64,000 bases of DNA from NCBI GenBank assembly GCA_038087875.1, contig CM075999.1, forward strand, positions 186,001 to 250,000, read 5' to 3'. The notes under the pieces were generated by a model. The model was not told the origin of the DNA. It ran no database searches and saw only the letters and a program-made list of their open reading frames with translations. The stretch is from Malacoraja senta. Taxonomy: Eukaryota. The position numbers and the translations under genes were made by a program. Shown one piece after another: positions 39,367 to 53,441 of the stretch (positions within the stretch are counted from its first letter, which is position 1; every line of letters starts with the position of its first letter).

Positions 39367-41162
39367 TTAAAAGATTCACTAACTCTATTTCTGGTACATG
39401 AGAGGAAATTGAGCATCCAAAGGAAACTTATACAGGGACAGCGTGCAAACTGCACCTGAGATCAGGATCCAGCCTGAGCCTCTGACGCTGTGAGGCAGCA
39501 GTTCTACCTGCTGCACCTCAGTGCCGCCCATTATGTCGGAGCACTTTGGAGCTCTCCAGCACTTTGTGGGTGTTTTTTTGTAAACCAGCATCTGCAGTTC
39601 CTTGTGTCAACACCTCTTCAATGTAATTTGTCAATAATCTTTGTAAATGTGCACGCCAGCACGTACAAACATACACACAAACTCCCCCCAATTTTTACAA
39701 GGTTCGTTTCCCCATTTCTTCTTAGTCCATGGTCGAGAACCACCTGGAACACAAGCCCCTCACCTCCTGCAGACGTTACACAACACATCCATGTGGACAC
39801 TAGATCCGCACGAGCAGGAGACTGACCTTCGTTGTTCAGTATTCCCCATTCACCGAGACGGAGCAACTACATTGCGTGCTGCACTGCATCTAAAAAAAGA
39901 GATTTCTCCATGATATGCAATGCCATTGGGGGCTGGTGCTATAATCTGGGATCAGTGCTTGGACTCGCTCAGTGGATTATAAGCCGAAAATTGATTTTTT
40001 TCCTCCTCCTGATAATTTTGAGAATAGTCTGTGAGTTTGCATGCATTTGGCATCACAAGCCTATTATCAGTCCTATTTTTTGCCCAAGTAGGAATGTATC
40101 ATTCTTAACGACATCACGTACATATACAGCCCTTGTCAGGCACACTGCCAGCTGTTTTGTGTGTGTAATACCACAGACATGACTCTATAGATGTGGATAA
40201 TTATCATGTGTGTTCTCTGACACCAGGAACCAAATGCAAATTTGGCAGATGCACAGTTTTATTAGAAGGCACTAGTATTGGAATTATTAATATATTGAAT
40301 ATTTTGTTTATTATACGTTATTTATGAATATTGTATTTACAGGCCGGCAAGTAAGAATATAATTGTTCCAAAGTCAGTACATATGACAAACATTCTTGAC
40401 TGTCATGACACATGAATCGCAAGGAGAGGTTGGATAAATTCAGATTGTTTTCTCTGGAGTGTCAGTGGTTGAGGAGAGACCAGATAGAAGATTATAAAAA
40501 TTACGAGAGGCATAGACAGTCAGAACCTTTCTTCCCAGGGTGGAAGTATCAAAGAGTAGAAGATATAGCTGTAAGGTGAGAGAGACATAGTTTAAAAGAG
40601 ACGCGCCATTTTTTTTACACAGAGAATGGTGGGTGCCTGGAACACACAGCCAGGGGTGGTGGTGGAGGCAGATACAATAGTTGTGTTTAAGGGGTTTTAT
40701 ATAGGCAGATGAATATGCAGGGAATGGAGGGATATGGATCAGGTGGAGGCAGAGGAGATTAGTTTATGTTCGGTATGCAGATTGTGGACTGAAAGGCCTG
40801 TTCCTGTGCTATACTGTTCTACATATGTTCTCTGAAGGGCCATGCTGTACATCTTGTCTGATTTTTCTTTCCCTTGATTTGAATGGGATGGTACATTGTG
40901 TGAGGAGCATCATAAAGCCGACCACACACCTCCTGACCCATGCATCTACCACAAGTTACCTCCATCACCGGTGGTCCTGTGGGTTTAATTTGTTCCAGCC
41001 TCCGGTCTTGGTTAACAGGCAATGACCAATGACTGCAACTTTTCAACCATCTGGTGCAGCAGGCTGAAAAATAATCAGCGTGGACAGACAGCATTTTGGT
41101 GACAACACAAACAATTTCCTCCGCAAATTGCTTTCAAATTTACTCCCGTGCGAGCGTAAATC

Positions 41163-41295
41163 ATGAACCAAATAGGCAGAAATGATGAACCAAGTGGCGA
41201 ACTGATGAACCAAGCGTGCTACTCATGAGCCAACTGGCAGAATACACGAACCAAGCGTGCAGCTAATGCGCGGAACATGACAAGTCATGAACCAA
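41163..41295 (+). repeat. Array of ATGAACCAA-like motifs with mostly 20-22-bp spacing
   Basis: Motif at 41163, 41185, 41205, 41225, 41246 and 41287. Confidence 0.7.
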
Positions 41296-41526
41296 GTCAT
41301 GACGCAGCCAAGTGCCAGATGTTCCGTGCACAAACTCCGTTCGGGGCAACTCCGTTGTCTCGATCGTGGCTGGACAACTCAAGAGTTGGCCCGGGTGCAT
41401 TTGAAGAGAACGGTAAACTAAATGTTGCCCTTGTTTTACTAGGAGCTCAGTAGCCCTCCCAGTGAAGCAGGAACTTCATTGAAAGAAGCATTCAAAGTTC
41501 TAGCTTTGCTGATTTGTTGGTACTTA

Positions 41527-42082
41527 AAGGGCCTGTCCCACGGGCATGCGACTCCATGCGGCAAGCGCGACCTAACCGCAAGCGGGTGCCGTGCGGGGGC
41601 AGTGCGGAGGTCGCGGGGCCGGTCCCACTTCGATCGTGGGAGCCGCATGGATTTGTGCGGAGCTGGTCCCGACACCGCGCGGGGCTCCGAAATACTGACA
41701 CTGTTCAAAAATTCCGTGCGGCAACGGCCTGCCGCATCGAGGCCGTGCGCACCACCTCGACGCCGGACGCAGCCGCATCGAGGCCGTGCGCACCGCCTCG
41801 CCACCGTATGCACCGTCTTGACGGCACTCGACCTCCGCGCGGCCCCCGCTTCCGATTTGGTAGCGCTTGCCGCATGCAGCCGCATGCTGTTGGGACAGGC
41901 CCTGTACGGGGATCACTCGACCTCCGCGCGGCCCCCGCTTCCGATTTGGTAGCGCTTGCCGCATGCAGCCGCATGCTGTTGGGACAGGCCCTGTACGGGG
42001 ATCACTCGACCTCCGCGCGGCCCCCGCTTGCGGTTAGGTCGTGCTTGCCGCATGGAGTCGCATGCCCGTGGGACAGGCCCTT
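41527..42082. mobile_element. GC-rich MITE with about 60-bp TIRs (PIF/Harbinger-like termini)
   Basis: AAGGGCCTGTCCCACGGGCATGCGACTCCATGCGGCAAGC... and its reverse complement at the right end, flanked by TA. Internal 89-bp tandem. Confidence 0.85.
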
Positions 42083-42498
42083 TACTCTCACACATGTCTC
42101 TGGGGTTTGTCGTGCACTTGTGGTAAAACTGCTCAAGATTTACAGAGAAACATAAATCAGAATTCTTCTAAAAAATTGTTAAGTCTGTACAAATGTCACA
42201 AATAATATAAATGCATGCACTACAAACAGTGTAACATAAAATCACATGAAAGTATCAAAGATTATATAATGTAAAATATTACAAAATACAATGCATGCAT
42301 TACGATGGTCCTGCACGGCTTTAATGCCTATGTGTAACTGAGACATCTTCTCAAATGTACTTGCCGCTAGCTCTGCCTCTAAACGCAACTCACTCTGGTG
42401 CTAAAGAAGGAACTGCAGATGCTGGAAAATCGAAGGTACACAAAAATGCTGGAGAAACTCAGCGGGTGCAGCAGCATCTATGGAGCGAAGGAAATAGG

Positions 42499-42529
42499 CA
42501 ACGTTTCGGGCCGAAACCCTTCTTCAGTC
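42499..42529 (-). ncRNA. Minimal hammerhead ribozyme-like motif
   Basis: Minus strand CTGAAGA-A-GGGT(TTCG)GCCC-GAAAC-GTT. Confidence 0.6.
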
Positions 42530-42551
42530 TGAAGAAGGGTTTCGGCCTTCA

Positions 42552-42583
42552 GACTGAAGAAGGGTTTCGGCCCGAAACGTTGC
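42552..42583 (+). ncRNA. Minimal hammerhead ribozyme-like motif
   Basis: Plus strand CTGAAGA (42554-42560)-A-GGGT(TTCG)GCCC-GAAAC-GTT. Confidence 0.6.
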
Positions 42584-45500
42584 CTATTTCCTTCGCTCCA
42601 TAGATGCTGCTGCACCCGCTGAGTTTCTCCAGCATTTTTGTGTACCTTCACTCTGGTGCTAATTTGAAGGTGCCTTCTCCATCTGGAACAGAATAGTACA
42701 GCACAGGAACAGGCCCTTCAGCCCACTACGTCCATGCCAAACACAAGCCTTGTGGGATGCCTGCACATGATCCATATCCCTCCATTCCCTGCATATCTAT
42801 GTGTCTATCCAAAAGTGTCAAATACCACTATCGTATCTGCCTCAACAACCTGGCAGCACATTCCAGGCACTTACCACCCTCTGTGTAAAAGTTTTGCTCT
42901 GCACATCTCCTTTAAAATCCCCCACCCCCCTCAACTTAAATCTATGCTCTCTAGTCTTTAACATTTCCACCTTGGAGAAAAGATTCTGACAGCCCTATCT
43001 ATGCCTCTCATAATTTTGCTTACTTCTTTCGGGTCTCCCCTCAGTCTCCGACACTCCAAACAAAATAATCCAAGTACAATCTAACCAGGCAATAATCTGT
43101 GGCTGTAGGAAGAAACTGCAGATGCTGGTATAAACCGAAGATAGACACAAAAAGCTGGAGTAACTGCAGGACAGGCAGCATCCCTGGAGAGAAGGAATGG
43201 GTGACGTTTCGGGTCGAGACCTTTCTTCAGACATAATCTGTGGGCCCAGTTTCCTTAAAATCATGGTCCTGCAAATGTAAATATTATGCACTCTTTAATT
43301 CTGCCAGATCTTGAACATAACTCACCCTGATGACCACTTGGAGGAATCTGCTATCACGATGCACAGGGAATCAGTCTTGTTCAGCTTCCTGTCAGTTGCA
43401 AAGTTTATTTAGTGGCTTCCTTACTTTACTGCACAAAACACACACCATGACGATCAGATTGAGGCAAACTACCCCACCCTCCCGCTTTGCCTGCATTCTA
43501 TCCGCATTAGATGTTTCATCATTAGCTCAACACCAAAGCCCTGGAGAAGGAAGTGACTGCGGATGTTGGAATATTGAGCAAAACAAGCAAACTGCGGGAG
43601 GACATAGACACATGTAAGTGGAAATGCGTATAACACAAAGTGCTGGAGTAACTCAGCGGGTCAGGCAGCATCTTTGGAGCATGTGGATAGGCAATGTTTC
43701 AGTTTGGCACCCTTCTCCAGACGTTGCCTATCCATATCCTCCAGAGATGCTGCCTGACATGCTGAATTGTCCGAGTTCCCTCTGGAGAGAAATGGACAGA
43801 TTAAATTTCCAGTCGGGACCCTACTTTACACTACTTTGTATGGCCCAATCATATAATATTTTGATTGGGCAAAGTTTAGGTGAATCAGTTTTCCACCCAT
43901 GATGATTCCTATGTTTTCCATTTTCACAGGTTATTAGGAGTTTAGTAGTAGAGCCTTAAAGCATGGAAACAGGCCCTTTGGCCCACCTTGTCTATACCGA
44001 TCAAGTTAGTATAATGTACCAGTCCCATTTGCCTGTATTTGGTCCATATCCCTCTATGCATAAATCCATCCAAATTTGAAAGTCCACTTCCATAATTTCC
44101 TCTGGCAGCTCATTCCAAATACGGACTGTTCTAAAATGAGACAGTTGTCGCCGAGTTCCCTCTTAAACATCTCCCCTCTCATCTTAAGCCTGTAAATAGA
44201 GTAAAGTTCCCAAGGACCATGGTTTTTAGGTCTGTGTGGACTTGTAGATCTTATTCAAAGACACGTCACTAGGATGCAGAGAAATATAAAACTACTTCTT
44301 TTATTCCAACGGCATCTTGTTGTGTGCTTATATCAACAACAAGTTTACTGTTTCCCCACATGTTGGCTTAGAAGTTTATCACAGACTCTTTTGGCTTCTC
44401 ATAGCAGGCGGGGTTAGAGATTTTGATCAATAATTAGTCCGTGTCAGCTTACTGTGAGTTAAGGTGGACCTGCTGAGGATTGCCTGCAATAAATAAGTAA
44501 TACTTTGCCACTGATAATAATAATAATAATAATAGATTTTATTTTAAGGGCGCCAAATACCGAGGTCTCTAGGACACCTTACAATTTAAGAAACATATAA
44601 ACATATAATCAGAGTAAAACAAGTTATAAAGACATCACAAATACACAAATTAGAAACAGAAATTCGATCCAAAAAAAGACAACAACAAAATTCAGAAAAC
44701 ACAACATGAAGGGAGAGCAGCGGCAGCCAAACCGCGCCAGCGTACACTCTCCCTTCCGCCCGCCATGTTGGACATAGACTAACACAGACTAACACAGACA
44801 CTTAACACTACACACAAAATCATCCCCCCACAATGGTTACCACTGTGGGGGAAGGCACAATGTCCAGTCCCCAACCCAGTTCTCCCCAGAGTCAGGCCCA
44901 TCGAGGCCGCCACAGTTGCCTCTACGGAGGCCCGATGTTCCTGGCCGTCGGGAGAGTCCTTGCAGCGGCTGGAACGGCCGGTTTCCCAGCGGAGTCGATG
45001 GCACATGAAGCCGAGTTGGAGCCACGAGGCTCCCGATGTTGGAGTCGGCGCTGCCGCCCGCAGCTGGTCGCTCCGCAGTCCCGCAGCACGGAGGTGTTGA
45101 TCTCGGCGGTCAACGCATACCGGAGCTCCAGCGCGTCGACCCAGCGCGGCGACCCAGGCAAGGCATCACCCGCTACGCTCCCCGATAGGGCTCCAGCGCT
45201 GTGCCGCCGACCGAAGCTGAAGGTGCTGGGCGGTCCCCGCCAGGAAACGGCGCTCCTTGCCCGCTGGTAGGCCACGAGGACGGGTCGATGAGGCAGCCTG
45301 GAGAAAAAGCTGCCTCACCGACCAGGTAGGGACCTAGAATAAAGTTATCCCCACTCACCCTACACTTAGAAGTAGATTTCTCCAGCACACTGGACAATAG
45401 ATAGACTAAAACTATTTAAAAAAGGTGATTTAAACGGACGGCTGCTGGTTAGCAGCCGTTCCCCAACATGGCTCCTCCTCTGTCTATCTATTGCCCATCC

Positions 45501-47016
45501 CACACATCAAAGTATGGCTGCCATTCAATTAGATTATCAATTGTTTTACCAGATTTATTGATAATTATGCCGAGATACTATTGTATACAGTCCTTGTGAG
45601 TATCTTAAACAAATGGTGCAACGGGGAGATTCAGATCTGTTGAGCAAGCTATTCCTGGTGTGAAAAATACAAGCCAACATGCACAGGTTTTATGTACGAA
45701 TATATCATACAGTTGATTGCAATTTCATCACCAATCTTCCGAAGAAATGCACATCCTGATGCGACTAAACTCATCGTGTCCAGTTGAAAGAATTAGGCAT
45801 CATAATGGTGCACTCCATGTTATCGCTTAACTAGGTCAAGTGGTAAATGTGCTCAGCTGCTCGTAATAACTTGAGATCCACTTATTGGAGTTGTTGAACC
45901 AAGGAGCAAATCCGATGCTGAAAAAGTTGTAGATTGTAGCGATGTCTCAAAATTCTACTTTTACCCTACTCAAACAGCACAGTGGCACTAATGGTATTGC
46001 CACTACCGCACGAGGCCGGAGTCCCGAGGACACAGAGAGGGGCTGCCGAGGACAAAGGGGGTCCCGGAGTGGATCCAGTGTTGCAAGAGCATTAGTGTCC
46101 TCCAATAAATATTGAGATGAACAAAGTCACCATTTTCACTGCCCGCCTGCCATGTGTCCATCCCTTTTCCTGGTCACTTCCTGGGGATGATCCCGATTGT
46201 ATTCCGCCTCATAATCCCACTCAACCCTGACCAGGGCTTCCAATGCTGTATCCTTTCCGTCACTGGGGCTCTTCTGCAAAATTCCCTCTTCACTCCCCCT
46301 ACCTCACTTCACCTAGAACTAAGTCTCTTAAACCTGACAGAATATATATAATCATAATAGTAATTTATTAGCCAAGTATGTTTTGCAACATACGAGGCAT
46401 TTGATTTGCCATACAGTCATACCAATAAAGAGCAACAAGACACCCAAATAAATGTTTAACATGAACATCCACCACAGTGATTCCCCAACATTCCTCACTG
46501 TGATGGAAGGCAAAAAAAGTTAAATCTTCTTCCCTTCTTTGTTCTCCCGAGGTCGGGGGCACTCGAACCTTCCGTTGTTGGGGCGATCTTGGCCCCCGCA
46601 GCCGGCGGTCGAACCCTGCGCGTCGGGGCGATCAAGCTCCCGCATCAGGGCGATCTAATTTCCCCCGCGCTGGGCGATCGGACCCCGGGTCAGGGCTGGT
46701 TGAACCTCGTGTGGCTTGGAGCTTCCCGACATCAGCCTCTACCCGAGACTGCGAGCTCCTCGATGTTGGAGCGTCGATCCCAGACAAGGGATTGCAGGCT
46801 CCGATGGTAAGTCCATGGCGGTGCGACTTCCCAGTGTTTTTCGGATCTCTCCTCACATGGGGCATCTTGGTCGGTATGGACGCGTTGGGCCGAAGAGCCT
46901 GTTTCCACGCTGTTTGACACAGTGACTATTCAATGTTCTGATGTTCCAAAGATGCTATCGAAATCCATTGAAGCAAAAGATGTTGGATCTGGTGAGCGTT
47001 GGATTGTTTGACATTT

Positions 47017-47483
47017 CATAGAAACATAGAAACATAGAAAATAGGTGCAGGAGTAGGCCATTCGGCCCTTCGAGCCTGCACCGCCATTCAATATGATCAT
47101 GGCTGATCATCCAACTCAGTATCCTATACCTGCCTTCTCTCCATACCCCCTGATCCCTTTAGCCACAAGGGCCACATCTAACTCCGTCTTAAATATAGCC
47201 AATGAACTGGCCTCAACTACCTTCTGTTGCAGAGAGTTCCAGAGATTCACCACTCTCTGTGTGAAAAATGTTTTTCTCATCTCGGTCCTAAAGGATTTCC
47301 CCTTTATCCTTAAACTGTGACCCCTTGTCCTGGACTTCCCCAACATCGGGAACAATCTTCCTGCATCTAGCATTTCCAACCCCTTAAGAATGTTGTAAGT
47401 TTCTATAAGATCCCCCCTCAATCTTCTAAATTCTAGCGAGTACAAGCCGAGTCTATCTAGTCTTTCTTCATATGAAAGTCCTG
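47017..47483 (-). mobile_element. CR1 LINE 3' end (copy B of 4317-4783)
   Basis: ORF 47116..47445. Confidence 0.95.
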
Positions 47484-48969
47484 TTAATGCTGCTTAAACA
47501 AAATGTGCAGCTATGTAAAAAATGACAAAGGGACAAGTGCTGGGGTAATGAACTCAATAGGTCAGGCAATTTCTAGAGAACGTGGATAGGTGATGTTTTG
47601 GGTCGAGACCCTTCTTCAGTCTAAAAAAGGGTCCCGACCTGAAACGTCACCTATCCATGTTCTCCTGAGATGTTGCTTGACCTGCTGAGTTACTCCAGCA
47701 CTTTGTGTCCTTTTGTGTATTAGCCAGCATCTGCACCTCCTAAATTCATGTCATAGTAGCCCATCGAGACTACTCTGCCTCTCAATAATGGCTAATCTAT
47801 CTTTCCCTTTCTCCTGCTTTCTCCCCGTAACCTTTGACTCCCATGGTAATCAAAAACCTGTCAATCTCCGCTTTAAAATTCAATGACTTAGCGTCAACAG
47901 CCGTCTGTGGCAATGAATTCCACAGATTCACCGCCCTCTGACAAAAGAAATTCCTCCTCATCTCCTTTCTAAAGGTACGTCCCCGTTCTTAGTTTCTACA
48001 GTGTAACTATGTGGGATCCAACCCTCCATAGACAGGAACGACTGCTTAAACAGTGGCTGTGCATCCATTGATTTGAATTGCCTGCTTTTTACACTGCTAC
48101 ATCCTTCTGCTTTATTGTACGTTACAGTGACACCAAACATGAAGAATCGAAGGCCAGGGACACCTCACACAGGATCTGGCAATTGTCAAACACCAACAAG
48201 AGCATTAAGCATCAGAGGAATGATCGTACAGTGTCTCGCGAATGGGCTACAGGCACAGATTAGGGCAGATTAAGCTCTCCAGTCTAGAGAGAAGATTAGG
48301 AGGCATCTCATCGAGGAATATAAAATATTAAATTGTTTGATAAAAAAATAAATCCAAAAGATAACCGGGGTTAGTCGGACAGAGGATATACTGTATATCT
48401 ACACAATAGTTTATCGCAAAAACAAGATCAAATAGACTTTTCTTTTCAAGGGATGATTAATATTAGCAATAACAATCTTCTGTGCAAGGGTACAGAGGGA
48501 AAGAGACTGATTACTGAGGGGACAGGCTTCAATGGGCATAATGACCTTTAGATTCTTATGAGATAAGGTGTAGGAATCCTCCCTGACTGACAGAGAGGAA
48601 ATGGAGCTGACTGTTTTAAATAAATGTACTGGTACAAAATAGAGAATTTGGCTTTTACACAGCTACAAATGCTCTCAAAATCGCAGATCAAAACGTGGAC
48701 ACACTGAGACCGTTAACCATTTGTTACGAGCACATCAGGGCACTGATTGTAAGATAGCCAAACCAGACAGAGGATTTAACGGAAGATAGACACAAAAAGC
48801 TGGAGTAACTCAGCGGGACAGGCAGCTTCTCTGGAGAGAAGGAATGGGAGACGTTTCAGGTCGAGACCCTTCTTCAGACTGAATGTCACGAGAAAGGGAA
48901 ACGAGAGATATAGAACAATGAATGAAAGATAGGCAAAAAAGTAACGATGATAATGGAAACAGGCCATTG

Positions 48970-49341
48970 TTAAGGGGTTGGACAGGCTAGATTCAGGAAG
49001 ATTGTTCCCGATGTTGGGGAAGTCCAGAACAAGGGGTCACAGATTAAGGATAAGGGGGAAGTCTTTTAGGACCGAGATGAGAAAAACATTTTTCACACAG
49101 AGAGTGGTGAATCTCTGGAATTCTCTGCCACAGAGGGTAGTTGAGGCCAGTTCATTGGCTATATTTAAGAGGGAGTAAGATGTGGCCCTTGTGGCTAAAG
49201 GGATCAGGAGGTATGGAGAGAAGGCAGGTACAGGATACTGATTTGAATGATCAGCCATGATCATATTGAATGGCGGTGCAGGCTCGAAGGGCCGAATGGC
49301 CTACTCCTGCACCTATTTTCTATGTTTCTATGTTTCTATGT
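48970..49341 (+). mobile_element. CR1 LINE 3' end (copy B of 6270-6641)
   Basis: ORF 48978..49178. Confidence 0.95.
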
Positions 49342-52300
49342 TAGTTGTTTGTAGGGTGAAAACGAGAAGCTGGTGCGACTTGGTTGGGGGAAGGATGGAG
49401 AGAGAGGGAATGCCAGGATTACTTGAAGTTAGTAACCTGTTTAGTGCCACCCCCCGAGTATACTCGGGTTATGGCCAATCGTGAAAAAATAACTTGGCAG
49501 TGAACAGGTTAATACGTAACTTGGTTCATTAATTTATGCGGGTAGAAAATGATTCATATACCATAACATACTTTGGGGATAATCAATCGGTTTATGCCTT
49601 TGGGGAGAAAAGTTATATCTATGATTCCAAAATAACATAGATCACTTCTGACTGTATTTGGATTTATCTGATGAATAAATTCCAGGTTTATTGATAAAAT
49701 GTCATATCGCTGTTGTTTAATTATACATTCATGTATATTAATATAATATTACTTTGCATTAATCTGGATTTTAGAAGGCATTTTGATAGATATATGGATA
49801 GCAAGGCTTTAGAGGGATTTGGACTGAAAATGGGACTAGCCCAACAACTTGCTCAGCATGGCAGTACAACTATGACTCTGACTCTTTATTTTCAAACTGT
49901 TCAGATGTTTTTTTTAAATCTCTCTTTTTGAGCAGTAAATGTTTTATAAGGCATCAGATTTGACTCCTTTATTGTGTGCTAATCTGTTGCTATATTAAGG
50001 TTTCAACCACCCTCTGGTTATGAAAATAATCCTCCTCAGTACGCCTGTAAACCGCTTCATCCTTACTGCAAAAAATTGTCCTTAGAGCTTTGGTGCCTGG
50101 GAATTATAGGGATTTGTTAAAGGGAAGATAGGTTCTTGTTTAGTAAAGGGATCAAAGGTCATGGGGAGAAGTCAGAAGAATGTGGTTAAGAGGGAAAAAT
50201 ATTATCAGCCTTGATTGAATGGCGGAGTAGACTGGATGGGCTGAATGGCCTAACTCTGCTCCTATGTTTTATGGTCTTATTGTCTTATGGAAATATCTCC
50301 TATTATATCCTTTATCATTTTATATACATCCCTCAGCCTCTTCCACACCAAGGAGAGCAAACCCAACCTCTTGAGTCTCTCTTCGCTGAAACACTGCATC
50401 GCAGGCAACATCCTGGTGAATCTCCTCTGCACCCTCTCCATTGCAACCTTTGTGTTGCGGCTAAGGACCCCATACTCTACTCCAGCTGTAACCGAACCAA
50501 TGTTTGAGGTGTATAAACATGAGTGGCATAGATATGGTAGACAGTCAGAACCTTTCCCCCAGAGTGGAAATGTCAAAGACTAGAGGGCATATCTTTAGGA
50601 GAAATTTAAAGGAGATGTGCAGAGCAAGTTTTTTCACACAGAGACTGGTCGGGGCCTGGAACGTGCTGCCAGGGGTGGTGGTAGAGGCAGCTACGATTGT
50701 GGCATTTACAAGGTTTTTAGATAGTCATATGGATATGCAAGGAATGGAGAGAAATAGATCGTGTGCAGGCAGCGTAGATTAGTTTTTTACCTGTTATGTT
50801 TGGCACGGCCATGGAGGGCTGAAGGGCCAGTTCCTGTGCTATACTATTCTATGTTGTTCTATGTTTATAACCTTGTACCATAACTTCTTTATTCTTATAT
50901 TCTATGCCCTGACCATAGAAGACAAGTGTCCATATTCTTTCTTAAACATCTTATCTACCGGTACTGCAACCACTGTCAAGGACTGTACACCAAAGTCCAT
51001 TTGTTACTCAAAACTCCATCGGGCCCGACCATTCATTGTGTATTTCTTATCTTTATTTGACCTCCCAAAGTAGATCTCTACATACTTGTCAGGATTAAAT
51101 TTCATCTGCCATTGCTCTGCCCATCTCCCCAACTAATCAATAACTTCCCCTAACCTGGGACTGTCCTGTTTGCTGTCAACCACACCAAATATTTTTATGA
51201 CAACTGCCAACTTACCAATCATACCTCTTATATCAATATTCAAATTGTTAACATTTCTAACGAACATTAAGGATCCCAGCACAAATTCCTGTGGTACGCT
51301 ACCAGACATAAGCTTCCACTCACAAGTAAATTCTCCAGCATTACCCACTGTCTCCTGCCATCAAGCCAATTTTGGATCTAATTTTCCAACTTCCCCTGGA
51401 TCCCATGGGATCTAACCTTGGGCACCGATCTCCCACATGGGGTCTTGCAAAAGACATGACTAAAGTGCTACCAAAGTAGAGTACATCCATTGTACTGCCC
51501 TCAATATTAACCGCTACAAAAAAATATTCAATCAAATGGGTCAGGCAGGATCTCCCGCTGGCAAAACTAGGCTGAGTTTCTTTTAGTAACTCCTACATTA
51601 CCAAGTGTAGATTAAACCTATTCCTCAAGACTTTTTTAAAACAAATCCCTGACTATCGTGGAATTGCAGTCATTCTGAAGAAGGCCCCCAACCCCAAACG
51701 CCGGGTATCCGTGATCTCAAGGGATGCTGCTCTGACCCGCAGAGTTATTCCAGCACTTTGTGACTTTTTTGATGGATTATTGGCCAGTTAATGGAAGGAA
51801 CATTGTGCATTTAGAGTGGGAGGCCGCAGGTACATTTGACAAGTTAGAGACGGAGAATAATAGAGTCACTCACACAGCACCGAAACAGGCCCTCAGCCCA
51901 CCTTGTGCATGCCAACCAAGATGCCCCATCTAAGTTAGTCCCTATTTGCCTGCGTTTCCCATCCATGTACCTAAGTGTCTTTTAAATGTTGTTAGAGTAT
52001 CTACTTCAACTACCTCCACCGACTGCTCGTTCCATATACCCGCCAAAAGTTGGCTCTCAGGTCCCTATTAATTTGTTCCCCTCTCACTTTAAACCTCTGT
52101 CCTCTAGCTCTTGATTCCCCACCCTCGGTAAAAGACTTAGTGCATTCACCCTATCTATTACACTCATGATCTTATACGCCTTATCAGATTACCCATCTGT
52201 CTTCTGCGCTCCAAGGAATACAGACCTAACCTGCCCAACCTCTCCCTGTGGCTCAGCCCTGCGAGTTATGGGATTTGCATTCACTGACATTAACCACTTG

Positions 52301-53441
52301 TGAAGTCACTGAATTTCCTGTAACACTGCTTCCAAAATCTTGGGACTCAACTTTTTCCAATAATATCAAAAAAATCTGCTCCCCACTGCTCCATTAGCAG
52401 ATAGCCCAGAGTGCCTTTGAAAGTATCTGGGCTTCGTTGTGACCTGATGAGTGAATCTGTTGCCTCACAGTTCCATCAACCTGAGTTCGATTCTTGCTTC
52501 TAGTGCTCTGTGGAGTCTGCATCTTTTCCCTGTGACGCTGAAAGTGTCCCTGGAATGCTCCGTTTCACATCTCAGAGATGTGGTGTTAGTTTAAATGGCC
52601 ACTGTAAATTGACGCTAATGTTTGGGTGAGTATTAGAATCTGTACAGGGTTGGTGGAACAGTATTGGAATATAGAGAAAATAAAATGGGAATAGTGCAGG
52701 ATTAGTGTTAATTGTTACATGCTAGTTAGCATGTTTAACCAAAAGACTTGTTTCTGTTTTGTGGTACTCTAAGATTCTATGAATCTCTGAGATCAGAGGA
52801 CTAGTCCTTTCCTCTTCACATCATACCTTCGATTTAAACCAGCACATTCTATCTCTGTCCTGCCCACTCCCCCGACATCAGTCTGAAGAAGGGTCTCGAC
52901 CCGAATAGTCATCCATTCCTTCTCTCCAGTGATGCTGCCTGTCCCGCTGAGTTACTCCATCATTTTGTGTCTACCTTCAATTTAAACCAGCACATTCTAC
53001 CTCTGTCCCGCCCACTCCCCTGACATCAGTCTGAATAAGGGTCTCGACCCAAAATGTCCCCTATTCCTTCTCGCTAGAGATGCTGCCTGTCCCGCTGAGT
53101 TACTCCAGCATTTTATGTCTACCTTAGATTTAAACCAGCATCTGCAGTTCTTTCCTACACATAGACCAAGGCCTTCTGTGTTATTTGCCCACACACTCCA
53201 ATGTTTCATCATCCCTTCCGATGCTACCAGGACCACTGGAATGACTTCCGTCACCAAGCCCAGCTACAAAGTCCTGTCTAAGAGTTCCATGTCTGCTATA
53301 ATCGAGGCAAGCTAGTTTAAACCATTATAGATGTACCACAGAAAGTATGCAATGGGGTTGTATCACAGTTTGGTTTTGGAATACCTCTGCCCAAGACCTC
53401 AACAAATTGCAGAGTTGTGGATATAGCCCAGTTCATCACAC

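Larger units (their letters stand above)
42405..42647. mobile_element. Palindromic Penelope-derived element with hammerhead-like cores on both strands and a 15-bp TSD
   Basis: Near-perfect inverted arms. TCACTCTGGTGCTAA at 42390-42404 and 42648-42662. Confidence 0.85.
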
